This document shows positions 37,775-50,958 of a DNA stretch of 64,000 nt, piece after piece. The notes under the pieces are model-generated. The model ran no database searches. It was not told where the DNA came from and saw nothing but the letters and a program-made list of their open reading frames with translations. How positions within the stretch are numbered: the stretch's first letter is position 1; every line of letters starts with the position of its first letter. The position numbers and the translations under genes are program-made. Source of the stretch: Octopus sinensis (taxonomy: Eukaryota); the NCBI RefSeq assembly GCF_006345805.1, contig NC_042999.1, positions 43,772,001 to 43,836,000 on the forward strand, in the 5' to 3' direction.

Positions 37775-38715
37775 GTGGAGGAGTTTAGCTAATTATATCA
37801 ATTCCAGTGCTCAACTGATGCTTATTTTATTGATCCCGAAAGGATGAAAGGCAAAGTCGACCTTGGCGGAATTTGAACTCAAAACGTAAAGATGTACGAA
37901 GTGCCGCAAAGCATTTTGTTCGGTGTGCTAACGTTTCTTATTTCTTTATTGCCCACAAGGGAATAAGCATAGAGGGGACAAACAAGGACAGACAAACGGA
38001 TTAAGTCGATTACATCGACCCCAGTGCGTAACTGGTACTTATTTAATCGACCCCGAAAGGATGAAAGGCAAAGTCGACCTCGGCGGAATTTGAACTCAGA
38101 ATGGAGCGGCAGACGAAATACGTATTTCTTTACTACCCACAAGAGGCTAATCACAGAAGAGACAAACAAGGATAGACAGACGGATTAAGTCGATTACATC
38201 GACCCCAGTGCGTAACTGGTACTTACTTAATCGATCCCGAAAGGATGAAAGGCAAAGTCGACCTCGGCGGAATTTGAACTCAGAACGTAGCGGCAGACGA
38301 AATACATATTTCTTTATTGCCCACAAGAGGCTAAACACAGAAGAGACAAACAAGGACAGACAGACGTATTAAGTCGATTATATCTACCCCAGTGCGTAAC
38401 TGGTACTTATTTAATCGACCCCGAAAGGATGAAAGGCAAAGTCGACCTCGGCGGAATTTGAACTCAGAACGTAGCGGCAGACGAAATACTATTTCTTTAT
38501 TGCCCACATGGGGCTAAACACAGAGAAGACAAACAAGGACAGACAGACGGATTAAGTCGATTATATCGACCCAGTGCATAATTGGTACTTATTTAATCGA
38601 CCTCGAAAGGATGAAAGGCGAAGTCGACCTCGGCAGAATTTGAACTCAAAACGTAGCGGCAGACGAAATACTGCTAAGCATCTCGCCCGGCGTGCTAACG
38701 TTTCTGCCAACTCAC
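37775..38715 (-). mobile_element. SINE D tandem array (four units of about 183 bp) joined to an older D copy
   Basis: GCGGCAGACGAAATAC recurs at 38106, 38290, 38474 and 38656; single head at about 38700. Confidence 0.92.
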
Positions 38716-38764
38716 TGTCTTCAAAAAAAAAAAAAAAAAAAAAAAAAAGCAAAAAAAAAAAAAA

Positions 38765-39270
38765 GCATGTAATATCGCAAATGCTATGGATAGAACTGAA
38801 GGCAAGTTGTTGTGTGAGACTGACAGTGATATTAATGATTCAGAGTAGGGCTGAGCAACCATTTTCGAGAAGTGGGTCGCATGAGACATTGCTCATCATC
38901 AAGCGGGCTGCATTGCTAAGAAATTCAAAGTAATTTTGGGTTAGGCACGCTGTTCAGAGTCCTGTGGGCTGAAGCTTTTAACCATGATCAATTTAGAGCT
39001 TGGTGATGAATTCAGCAATGATGAGTTCTCAGGGTTTGAAAATGAATGAAACGTTTTTGATTGTTTTACTGAATAAAGTTTTTAAAGATTTACAGTGTTT
39101 TTTGTAATTTTTATTGTTTTTCGTACTTAAAAGTTTCATTCTCGGTTTTACCAAACGGCCTTTTTGACTTTAAACTCATGTTTTGAAAATAAACAGACAT
39201 TTGATATTATGCCGGCCTTCTGCGAATGTAAAATATATAAAATCAGAAAGCAAAGAAGTTAAGCCCATTT
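38765..39270 (+). pseudogene. Probable pogo/Tigger-type transposase C-terminus and 3' UTR
   Basis: ACNIANAMDRTEGKLLCETDSDINDSE* and later DEFSNDEFSGFENE*, like the CISNAMDGTEDD...EFxGF acidic tail of pogo-like transposases. Confidence 0.45.
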
Positions 39271-39407
39271 AAATACATAGAAAATGAGTGTTACATTAAA
39301 AATTTCAACTTTTTTTTTTTTTTTACATCAGGTTATAAAATGCCTGATGTCGCTTAAGATCCGTCTACACAAACGAGTAGTGATTTGCGATATCATATTC
39401 GGGCGCT

Positions 39408-39572
39408 GGTAGCTGGTAAGTGATCACAAACTGGCGGGTAGGTGCTCACAAACTGGTGGATAAGTGACCACAAATTGGTGAGTAAGTGGGCAGGTGATCA
39501 CAAATTGGCTGGTAGGTGATCGCAAATTGGCGAGCAGGTGATCACAAATTGGCGGGTAGGTGATCATAAATG
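39408..39572. repeat. 21-bp minisatellite, about 7 diverged copies
   Basis: Consensus GGTAGGTGATCACAAATTGGC. Confidence 0.9.
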
Positions 39573-39921
39573 GTACGATCTCTCTGATCCATCACACGAA
39601 TGATAGAGCCTTGTGCATAGAGTACAAAAGAATAATCGCAGGACAATTAAAATGAAGAGCGTGGGATAGAGTACAACAATAACACCTGGCAGCAAATCAC
39701 CAGGTAAGTGATCATTGTTAGTTGATTTCACTCAACATCGAGTGCCAACACATCACTGGTTTACCAGCCAATTTTGTCTATGAGATACAATAGACATTTA
39801 GTCTTTGCCTGCCGAGCACAACTCGATCGTGTTTGAGGGGGCTTTGGTAAAACTAAAGAATTTGTTTTGTTAGAATTACATTTTCTATATCAGAATGCGT
39901 TTTCCACAATGCAGCAATTAC

Positions 39922-40215
39922 CATGGCCCCATGGCCTAGAGATTAGGGTGTTGTACTCACGACTGTGAAATCCTGGTTTCAATTCCTTAACCGGATGGTG
40001 TGTTGTGTTCTTGAGCAAAATACTTCATCTCATGTTGCTCTGCTATCACTTTGACACCTGATGCATGGTACACCGTGCACCTGTTCAGGAAACGTCAATT
40101 TCATGGAGAGAGTGAGCTAATGTGAGGCACGAACATTTGATCACTTTCAACAAATCATTTGTGCAGGTCGTTCAGCAAAATGCTGAACACTCGTAAGTCG
40201 TCATCGACGGGAGAG
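39922..40215 (+). mobile_element. Diverged tRNA-derived SINE with CORE-like centre
   Basis: CATGGCCTAGAGATTAGGG...GGTTTCAATTCC...TTGTGTTCTTGAGCAAAATACTT. Confidence 0.65.
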
Positions 40216-41259
40216 TCCAGCATATACATACATACATACATACATATGCATATACATATATTTATACTTACATGCATGCATATACATACATATATATACA
40301 TATATAAATAAACGAGTACTTCTCTCGATCGTTACTTAACGGAGATGTCTACATACATACATACATACATACATACATGCATATACATGTATGGCCGGAT
40401 ACACTAGTTTTGCGGTATGCTACCAACCATTCCCGTCATCACCGTTGCCGCCAGCGCCATAATCGTCGTCTTACCAGAGGTCGGTTCTGATCGAAAATCT
40501 TTTATGATCAAATGTATTCTAGCTATGATCAGCCTCTCATGTTCCCAAACCAAATTTATACAGAACTGTATTAACGTTCATACTTTTCCTATTTGGCTAC
40601 TATTTCTAGTGAATCATGCAACCACATGCATGTTCCCCCATTGGCTTGTACCTTTAAGAGCGTGTAAGACATTATCATCTTGAAATATGTACAATTTATG
40701 CTCTGGTGATGTAAAATGTTATCAAAATATCACATCGTCTTTTATAATGACCTTATACTTTGATTGACTTCGTTGATAGAAGTAGCAGTCTTTTTTTTTT
40801 TTTTACATTATCTAATGTATGTATGTGTGTGTGTACCCATAAGATGATAGATGTGATTTCAGAGATTTGGTTGCTATTTGTAGCCGATCGAGGGAGCGTG
40901 ACGAAGCGCTCTCATAGGGTCGTGACGAACTGTTGATAAGGACGAACTTATGTATGCATGTATGTATATATGCATGTGTGTATATATAAATAGACGAATT
41001 AGGACGTGCCCTGTAAAAGTATATGAGTCTCTATTTTACACACATACACGCTGATACATATGTTGTGTGTATGTGTGTGTGTATGCGTATGTGTGTATTC
41101 GGCAGACGGAGACCGATAGGATAAGTGCCAGACTTGAAAAATAGTAAGTGCTGGAGTCAATTCGTTCGACTAAAACCCTTTAAGGTAGTACCCTAGTGTG
41201 GTTATAGTCTAATGATTGAAACACGTTAAAGATAAAACACACACACGCACGCACGTGTG

Positions 41260-41670
41260 CAGGCGTGACTATGTGGTAAGAAGCTTGCTTCCCAATCACA
41301 TGGTTCGGGGTTCAGTCCCACTGAATAGCATCTTGGGCTTCTACTACAGCCTCAAAGCCTTGTGAGTGGATCAGGTAGACGGAAACTGAAAGAAGATCGT
41401 CCTATGTGTATATATATATATATATGTATGTATATATTTGTGTGCGTGTGTGTATCTTTGTGTCTGTGTTTGTTCCCCCACAATCGCTTGACAACGGATG
41501 TTGGTGTGTTTACGTCCTAGTAACATAGCGGTTCGGCAAGAGTGAATGTTAGAATAAGTACTAGGCTTACAAAGAGTAAGTCCTAGGGTCGGTTTCTTCG
41601 ACTAAAAAGCCCTCTAAGGTGGTACTCCAGCATGGCCGCAACCAAATGACTGAAACAAGTAAAAGAATAA
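41260..41670 (+). mobile_element. SINE group B
   Basis: Same head, centre and tail as other B copies. Confidence 0.88.
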
Positions 41671-42589
41671 AAGTGTACATACATGCATACATATGCACGT
41701 ACGTACACACACACACACACACACATTTAGAATTTTTGTATTTAGATGGAGAGTGTAAATTTAGACCTGGTAGGTGGTTTTGTGAAAAGAATTTGTTAGT
41801 TTGTTGCTTAATCAAAGATAACATAACAAAGATTCACAATGTTTGATCACTTAATAAATTGTCAGGAATTTTATATATGCAATCTACCCCCGAGGCCTCC
41901 CAAACCTTTGATCTGATGACTCCAGTACAACCTTCATCGACTCGAAACCACACGCTTTTTGCTAGTCCTAGAATTCGAACCCTTTTTTCTAAATTATCAG
42001 TTCGTTATCATAAGTGACTCACAATTGAGGCATGCATTTATCATGAGCATGTTCAATTTATCGACCAATTGGCTCGCAGGAGATCAACGCCACAAATTTT
42101 GAACAAATGTGAATGTCTTTGAGATTTGCGTCCTTTTCTCTGGTGATAGGCTGTGGCCGCAATTGCAGAGTTCTGAGGGGGCTCGAAGAAAACACTTCAA
42201 CTCTTGCAAAGCAAGCAATCGCAGAGTTTGAGAAACTCAAAAAGAACAACACATGATTCTTTATCCCAGTGCGACCCTGTTGTGAAGAATGATTTGTTTC
42301 TAAGAATTTCTCTGTGTAAACACCATGAACTCAGTTTCCTCACTTCTCGATGCACAAACCAAGGCTAGAGCTTTAGCAAGATGCGGTGAACTCTGTTTGT
42401 TTTTTGCCCTCAAGATAACTAACTACTGAGTAAACTCAGTTAAAGACACGGTATTTCACTCCTTGCTTCAAGCAAGCCAGAAATGTGAATTCAGAGAAAC
42501 TTACATTTCAATTTCATTCAAGACCAATTCGTTCCTGTCTCTAAATAATGACTGCAGAATCTAAACGCAATGAAAGTCGATTTCTATAT

Positions 42590-43170
42590 TCTAGGTTTAT
42601 CTACCAGTGTTTTGCAAACAACTTGCACATGCAAGTGCTAGCAGTCGAGAACACCGCATACCGGAAGCCAGCAAGTGTATGGGGTCATCAGGAGAGAATG
42701 CGCGCCGTTTTGGGGCCTACCTCTCGACGGCATCAATGCGAACCGGCCCCTCTCACTGATATGTGACCCCGCTTGCTAGATCGACTGGTTATTAAATAAG
42801 CTCAGTATTCTTATAGCCATTGCTCATCGTCTGTTTTTAACCAAATCCAGTGACTAGCCTTCTCCACTGTAGTTTGGATATCGGTCATGGTGGTATTTAC
42901 TTTACAATGAGTTAGGCCCAACGATAACAACAGTTGTCTCACACTGTGTCCAACAAACCCTCTACATCGGATACTATCTTTCACTCCAAACAATTCCTTT
43001 CCTGTATCGTAAATTGAGCTTGTTAACTTTCCCAGTTTCTCCACTGTAGAGCCTGTCATTTTATAAAGAGCTCGACATACCTTGTTTTCAAACTCTTTAT
43101 ATTTTCCTTTCTCATTAGCAGCAGGCTACAAAACCCTCGGTTTCCTCCGAGTGCTATCTGATGCACCAGT
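42590..43170 (-). mobile_element. HERO-like (RLE-type non-LTR) retrotransposon derivative with large internal deletion
   Basis: RRKPRVL*PAANEKGKYKEFENKV...GKELFGVKD fused in frame to CRGFVGHSVRQLLLSLGL...VEKASHWIWLKTDDEQWL*, followed by a GC-richer 3' UTR; the 3' boundary is uncertain. Confidence 0.68.
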
Positions 43171-44089
43171 TGTATATATATATTATATATATATAATATA
43201 TATATATATAATATATATATATATATTGTATGTATGTATGTATGTATGTATGTATGTATGTATGTATGTATGTGTGTGTGTGTGTGTGGTGTGTGGTGTG
43301 TGTGTGTGTGTGTGTGTTCAGCCTTCCCTTAAAAAAAAATTATTGTTAAATGTTCCCACATTTCTTGTTCATAACACACGCATCCGGCTTAATCATAACA
43401 ATCTCATAACACGACAAACACATCGCGAGCGATCTTTATATCCTGCGTTTCTTTTTGCAACTATCATCGTAACACAGTAACATAGCATGAAAAATCTAGT
43501 TTACTAGAGTGAATTCTAAAGACGGTTTTATATCATGTACACATTCATGAAAACAAAAAAAAAAATCTATTTATCGCCAATGAAGAAACATTTTAAGTAA
43601 TAAAAATGCTGCATAGAATTCGAAAACTATCCGGTTTTATAAGCTATAAATTACGATATATAAATGATTTTAAATGTTGACTCCGTTCATTGTTAGAAAT
43701 GAAAAAGTAGATAAATTCTATACAGAATGATCAAAAAGTGAGTGACATTGACAATTTAAATCGTATACCACCACCAACCACACTTTTTTCCCCACAATGT
43801 ATCTATATATTTTCTAACACTGTCAAATGTTAAAAACGTTGATAAATCGTACTTTATTGAAAATTGATTGAATGTATTTATGTAAATACTTCTTTAATTT
43901 ACTCCACAGATCTCCTACATATTCGAATAAACTTTTTTTTTTTTTTTTAGTAAAACACCTATTTTCTTCCTTCCTTTCTTTCTTTATTTGATAAAATATA
44001 CATTTTTCAAATTTCTAGTTTAGTGATATCTACGTAGAGAAAGAATGTTGTAAAACAGTATCATATATATATATGAAACAAGTTAATTT

Positions 44090-44482
44090 ATTACTCTTTT
44101 ACATGTGTCAGTCATTTGACTGCGGCCATACTGGAGCACTGCCTTTTAGTAGAGTGTATCGATACCCCCGCACACCTGGACTTATTCTTTGTTAGCTTAG
44201 TACTTATTCTGTCGGTCTCTTTTACCGAACCGCTAAGTTACGGGGACGTAAACACATCAACATCGGTTGTCAAGCGATGATTGGAGAACAAACATATATA
44301 TGCTTCTTTTGGTTTCCGAATTCAGTTTCCGACGGGCTTCTTTCAGTTTCCGTCTACCAAATCCACTCACAAGGCTTTGGTTGGCTCGAGGCTATAGTAG
44401 AAGACACTTGTCCAATGTGCCACACAGTGGGACTGAACCCGGAACCATGTAGTTGGGAAGCAAGCTTCTTATCACACAGCCG
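44090..44482 (-). mobile_element. SINE group B
   Basis: Homologous to other B copies. Confidence 0.88.
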
Positions 44483-44825
44483 TTTATTTTTTACAAAATA
44501 TAATATACCTGATTAGGTACAATAAACTCAATATAACTATGAAGTACCCAGAACTACTGACGGGAAAAAATCAAATTAAGTCAATTAGATATAAAGAAAG
44601 TTTAAAAAAGATTATTCTTTTACTATTTGACTTGTTTCAGTCAGTCATTGGACTGCGACCATGCGGGGACAATGTCTTGTAGGATCCGGTCGATCGAACC
44701 AACCATAATATTTAAGTCTGATATATATTCTAGTGGGTACTTTTTTTGCCGAACCGCCAGGTTATGATGACAGAACAAGCCAACACATATACAAAAAAGA
44801 TGTACACGCGCGCGCGCACGGACGC

Positions 44826-45175
44826 ACACTCGCTCGCTGACTTGTTCATTCACTCACTCACTCACTCTCTCCTCACTCGCTCACTCTCCTCACTCACTCG
44901 CTCGCTCACTCACTCACACACTCACTCGCTCGCTCACTCACTCACACACTCACTCGCTCACTCATTCGCTTACTCACTCACTCACTCACTCACTCACTCA
45001 CTCTCCTCACTCTCCTCACTCACTCGCTCACTCTCTCCTCGATCACTCTCACTCGCTCGCTCACTCTCTCACTGTCTCGCTCACTCCCTCACTCGCTCAC
45101 TCTCTCACACACTCACTCACTCACTCACTCACTCACTCACTCACTCACTCACTCACTCGCTCACTCAATCACTCA
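44826..45175. repeat. Compound (CTCA)n/(CTCG)n/(CT)n microsatellite
   Basis: Direct inspection; explains the 200-aa SLTH ORF. Confidence 0.95.
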
Positions 45176-45911
45176 TATGCAACAAGTTTCCACTCACTTT
45201 CCGTCATTCACAAAGCATTAGTATGCCCTGCGCTTCACTAGAAGATATTTACCCAAGGTTTCGTGCAGTGGGCCTGAACCCGAAACTAGTGGTTGTGAAA
45301 CCAACTTCTAAACCCCAACATCCCGGCCTGCATCTATCTACCTTTTAATTCAAGAATTTTTATATTTTTAATAAGCTGGATGAGCTTGGAAACTACTTAA
45401 GATAGAATCAATATCAAGATGAACTTCTGTGAGGTTATGCCTTAGGTCACCACGTTCGTTGATGTTAAGTGTGTCTTTTCGTTTACTTAACATTGTATTT
45501 ATCTCGTAACATTCAGTCTTGGTCATATAGGAACTTGCAAATGAAAATGAATAACGTGTCAGCAGACTTTAATACCTAGCTATTTGGTTGTAGTGTTTTC
45601 ATTGCTTCAGGAATCGCTAAAGTCTTCATTTTTGAACAATGCTTTTGCCTCGTTTGTTTCAATCAATTCCTCTAATAAATCAGTTTCAATATCTGTATTT
45701 GCTACATCAACATAGAATAGAGAGACAATTAATTAGTTTTTCCTGCAAGTTACATTCCTATATCACCGAATCTCTATTCTCTATTCAGATATCAATCTAG
45801 AATATATTCTCAAGATGTTCAGAACGTATTTTAACGGTTTCCTTTAAGTTTTCAAGACGGACTGTAATGATAAGAATGTTAGATTTATATAAACCAATCT
45901 TTTCTTGAAAA

Positions 45912-46708
45912 TCTCTCTATATATAAACGGCAGTTTGTCTGTCTGTGTGTCTGTCAGTTTGTACCCTCACCCTGACCACGGCTTTCAACAAATTCTGATG
46001 AAACTTGACACACACATAGCCCAATGTCATAATTCAAAACTAACGCAGCGAAAATTTTGAAAAGTTCCCCCAGTTCTGAAAAAAAATCGATAAATTCGAC
46101 ATGGGTCGAGAATCTAAGCTTTTTATATGCAACACATATTCTACAGACAGTCTAGGGGGCGCAACTCGACCTTTTTAACTCTCGGAACACGTGGGGTAAG
46201 TATGCCAAAATGTATAAAAATGTACAAAAACGGCAAAAAAGCGGGCAGCAATGTGAGTGACAACAACGAAAAGGTCAAAAGTGACCAAACTGAACAAACG
46301 AATGAAAAAGGTTTTTTGGTGCCACGACAAAAGCGGTTTATAATAAACCAAGAGTTTGCAAGTAGCGTCCGAGGACCGTTAGGGTACGTCAAAAACTTAA
46401 GGTAAAACGTTTGGGATGGTAGTTATAAAGAAAGTGTAAACAAAAAAAGATTCGAATAACTTGAGGCTGCAGCAGCTATTAGCAGAAGTGGCGGTGTTGG
46501 GGGTAAAGTCTCGAATGTAATTTCTTCCTGTTAGGAATTGGTTGGGTTGAATTATCGATAGCTGTTTGATAGTTATTTGGGAGTGAAGAGAAGAAATTGC
46601 AACCTACACGTGCGCCTTCGTTCCCTAGAGGGAAAGGACTAGATTGGGATTAGTCGTTGCCTACTAGGGGCTCTTACATACCCGGGCAACGCCGGGCTAT
46701 GCTGCTAG
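45912..46708 (+). mobile_element. Non-autonomous Helitron
   Basis: A|TCTCTCTATATATAAA 5' end; hairpin CCCGG-GCAACG-CCGGG at 46681-46696; CTAG|T 3' end 8 nt downstream; no TSD. Confidence 0.88.
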
Positions 46709-47086
46709 TCTAAAATACTACTTCAAACTTGAATTACGATAGTGAAATTATTCCTTTTGGAGTATGAATGGTAAAACTCGAAGCTGATAAAGCTATAATT
46801 AATAGCATTCAAATGTGGGTTTAAAAACTAATTCAGGACAGAAAGGGTCGAAGCTGATCGGAGACGGTGTGAGAAAATGGTTAAGCAGTAGTTAATTTAG
46901 ATAAGATACGAAATAGAAAGTGAATTGGAGGAATGAAAAAAATATATATATATATATTTGAAAAAAATGAATACAAATGACTATTCTGATAATCTTTCCA
47001 CTTTAATAATTAGGCGTTTGGAAAAATTATTAGAAAAGCCATTTTGTAATAATTTTTTCAAATATATAATACTGTACCAAGGACGC

Positions 47087-47115
<29 letters not shown>

Positions 47116-47118
<3 letters not shown>

Positions 47119-47317
47119 CTCTTGAGCACCACCAGCAAAAATATTTTTTTCCTCTGTCTTCCCTTCTCGGGATCTTTCCTTCTTCTTGTTTCCGACGAAG
47201 AGCTCCGCTCGAAACGTTAAACCCTTCTTCCCTTCTTCCTGAGCGTCAAATAATACTTTAATTGTTCCACGTCCTCGCGTTGCTCTGTTTTTTTCTGTGT
47301 TTTCTTGTTTGGATTAA

Positions 47318-47349
<32 letters not shown>

Positions 47350-47386
47350 GTAAATATGGTAAATAGAAAAATTATATATATACAGA

Positions 47387-47424
<38 letters not shown>

Positions 47425-47865
47425 TGTGTATAAGAACTCACTGTGTGTATTGAGGCGTGGCGAAGAAAGACTGTTCCCTCCACACACCACCTATCTTTAT
47501 CTGTGCAGAATAAATTATTCAGAATGAGATTTCTGTGCCACAGACGCCCAGCAGATTTAGTGACGAGACGCAAAGTTTTTTTCGTTCGGCAGCTCGGCAC
47601 CGTATCTATCCTAAGTGCTGCTAACTCTATATTTAGACGACACCACCTGTTATTAAACCACCATCATACCTGACGCCCCCACAAAAAATTTTTAATTCAT
47701 CGCATAAAAGTGTTTCTTTCAACAAATATGGAATCTCGTTCAGTTGGTAGCAAAAGGTCACGAATTATATAAATATATTACTGTCAGGTAAAGACCTGGT
47801 TATTGTCTTTATTCTTTCCTGTTTTATAGCCATCTCTCCTGTTTGTCTATCTGCTGCTGCTGCTG

Positions 47866-47943
<78 letters not shown>

Positions 47944-47960
47944 GGATGTGTATGTATATG

Positions 47961-48046
<86 letters not shown>

Positions 48047-48290
48047 ATCTCTTGAGCACCACCAGCAAAAATATTTTTTTCCTCTGTCTTCCCTTCTCGG
48101 GATCTTTCCTTCTTCTTGTTTCCGACGAAGAGCTCCGCTCGAAACGTTAAACCCTTCTTCCCTTCTTTCCTGAGCGTCAAATAATACTTTAATTGTTCCA
48201 CGTCCTCGCGTTGCTGTGTTTTTTACTGTGTTTTCTTGTTTGGATTAACTATATATATATATATATAAAATGGTAAATATGGTAAATAGA

Positions 48291-48335
<45 letters not shown>

Positions 48336-48810
48336 TATATATATATATATATATTATATATATGCGTGTGTATAAGAACTCACTGTGTGTATTTGAGGCG
48401 TGGCGAAGAAAGACTGTTCCCTCCACACACCACCTATCTTTATCTGTGCAGAATAAATTATTCAGAATGAGATTTCTGTGCCACAGACGCCCAGCAGATT
48501 TAGTGACGAGACGCAAAGTTTTTTTCGTTCGGCAGCTCGGCACCGTATCTATCCTAAGTGCTGCTAACTCTATATTTAGACGACACCACCTGTTATTAAA
48601 CCACCATCATACCTGACGCCCCCACAAAAAATTTTTAATTCATCGCATAAAAGTGTTTCTTTCAACAAATATGGAATCTCGTTCAGTTGGTAGCAAAAGG
48701 TCACGAATTATATAAATATATTACTGTCAGGTAAAGACCTGGTTATTGTCTTTATTCTTTCCTGTTTTATAGCCATCTTCCTGTTTTTTGTCTATCTGCT
48801 GCTGCTGCTG

Positions 48811-48878
<68 letters not shown>

Positions 48879-48915
48879 ACTATCTATCTGGATGTGTATG
48901 TATATGTATATATAT
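47116..48915. repeat. Near-identical tandem duplication, 930-bp unit
   Basis: GATCTCTTGAGCACC starts at 47116 and 48046; differences are mainly small indels and microsatellite lengths. Confidence 0.95.
47188..47222 (+). ncRNA. Minimal hammerhead-like motif, CCGACGA core (duplicated at 48118-48152)
   Basis: GTTT-CCGACGA-A-GAGC tcc GCTC-GAAACGTT-AAAC, inside a Penelope-like terminus between (TA)n tracts. Confidence 0.48.
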
Positions 48916-48982
48916 ATACATATACACATACATTTGCGTGCATGTTTGTACGTATTTATGTATGCATGATATAGATACATAC

Positions 48983-49059
<77 letters not shown>

Positions 49060-50919
49060 TCATGTACACACACGCGCACACACACACATACACAGTGAGA
49101 GAGAAGTGTTTCTGTTTATTCAATACATTCTTACATGTGTTTCATTGTGGAAAATGGTACCAAGTATAATCTGTATGGCAATAAGTAGCCTTCTGCCCTC
49201 TATACCAACGTATTTAGATAAGTTCTTGGACACTAATCTTTACAGGAATTTTAAGGTTAATTTTTTAATTGTTATACAATCTCTGATGATTTGATAATGT
49301 AATATGATTATACGGTAATACTTTGCGCATCAGACATTTTCATTAACTAAAATAAACACGATTAAGAATGTATTGAATAAGTAGTAATACCTCTACTTCT
49401 GTTTGTTTTTTTTTGTTTTCATATATATACATTTTGTTCTGAATAGCTATCGTATGTGTGCGCGGGAGTGTGTGTGTGTGTGTACACATGTATATATATA
49501 TAAAGAAAGAAAGAGAAGGGATGTAAGAGAGAAAAGGTGGAGAAAGATATGCTTTCTATGCACACCTTAAATCATCGAAGATAAATGCATTGATCACGAG
49601 AGAACTCTATTAGAAATTCAAGACAAATCATCTTAGTTTTGCTTGTCTGCAAAGATCTTCATGAAAAATGGGAAAGATAATCGATGAAACACGAAAATAT
49701 CATAATAAACAGATCTTTGTGTTGTTCGTGCTTGTGTATGCGAACTCGCGTGCGTATATATTGTGTATGGAAGAATTGTTAAGGACCTCACTTCCCAATG
49801 ATGAGGGCCCCGAGATGGATCTCACTTTGTGGTACCTTTGGTGCGAGCCTTAAGGACGAAACTCAATAGATAGGAAATATGTGGAAGCGGGACCAGACTT
49901 GTCGTACAATGTCACGCTAATTCTGACTGTAAATATATCAGAACATATATCTGTGGAATACTCAACTAGTTGTATGTCAATTCAATGAGTAGATAGTTCA
50001 GTTGATTGAACAACTGAATACTCAACGTCGAAACCGATGGATGCCCATTTACACTTACACACACATTTAGGCATATGTGGTGTATGCATGTATACTCTCG
50101 TCTATTTTTAATTATTTGAAATCTTCCCTTGGGGAAGGACCTGGTTTCTAACAAAGATACGAAGCCACATCATTGAAATACAGGTAATAAAAACACTCTT
50201 TTATTCTTTTACTTGTTTCAGTCTTTTGACTGCGGCCATGCTGGAACACTGCCTTTTTGTCAAAGAAATCGGCCACAGTACTTATTCTTTGTAAGCCTAG
50301 TACTTATTCTATCGGTCTCTTTTGCCGAACCGCTCATATTCACATTCTTAACTTGAGAAAAGTCTTACACATTTTTAACCGTTCCGCTTACAGATTATAT
50401 TTGTTATATGCAAGTTTTCTGGTTGATTTCTTTTACTGAAAGCCCTAGGTTTTCTAGATTCTCACTTAGGCATTTTCTCACGAAAACAAGTGTACCAATT
50501 ATTAGTAGTATAAATGTGAATTTATAATGTATGTATGAATGTTTGCATGTATGTATGAGACTGTAACGTCAATTGTTCTATTCTATCATAAGATTGTTAT
50601 TCGTGAATTTCTTCAAAAGTGAAATAGTTATGTGATTGGGAATGGCGGGGATGATCGTGGCGGAGGCGTAGTAAGTGGGTTAGGTTAATTATATGTATTA
50701 TACAGGCACATAAATACATGCACAGGGCACATACGCAGTCACACACACACAGACACACACGCACACACAAGTATACACACTCACATAGACAAATGTATGT
50801 ATGCATGTACGTATACAGGTATGTATATATATGCATGTATGTATTTAGTTCACCATACGTTTAAATGTATTTATATATATACATGTTACGTGTAATTATA
50901 AATATATATATGTATGTGA

Positions 50920-50957
<38 letters not shown>

Positions 50958-50958
<1 letters not shown>

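Noticed and set aside
37775-39572. Regular repeat arrays superficially like CRISPR
   Set aside because: Eukaryotic context, no unique spacers and no cas genes; these are a SINE array and a minisatellite.
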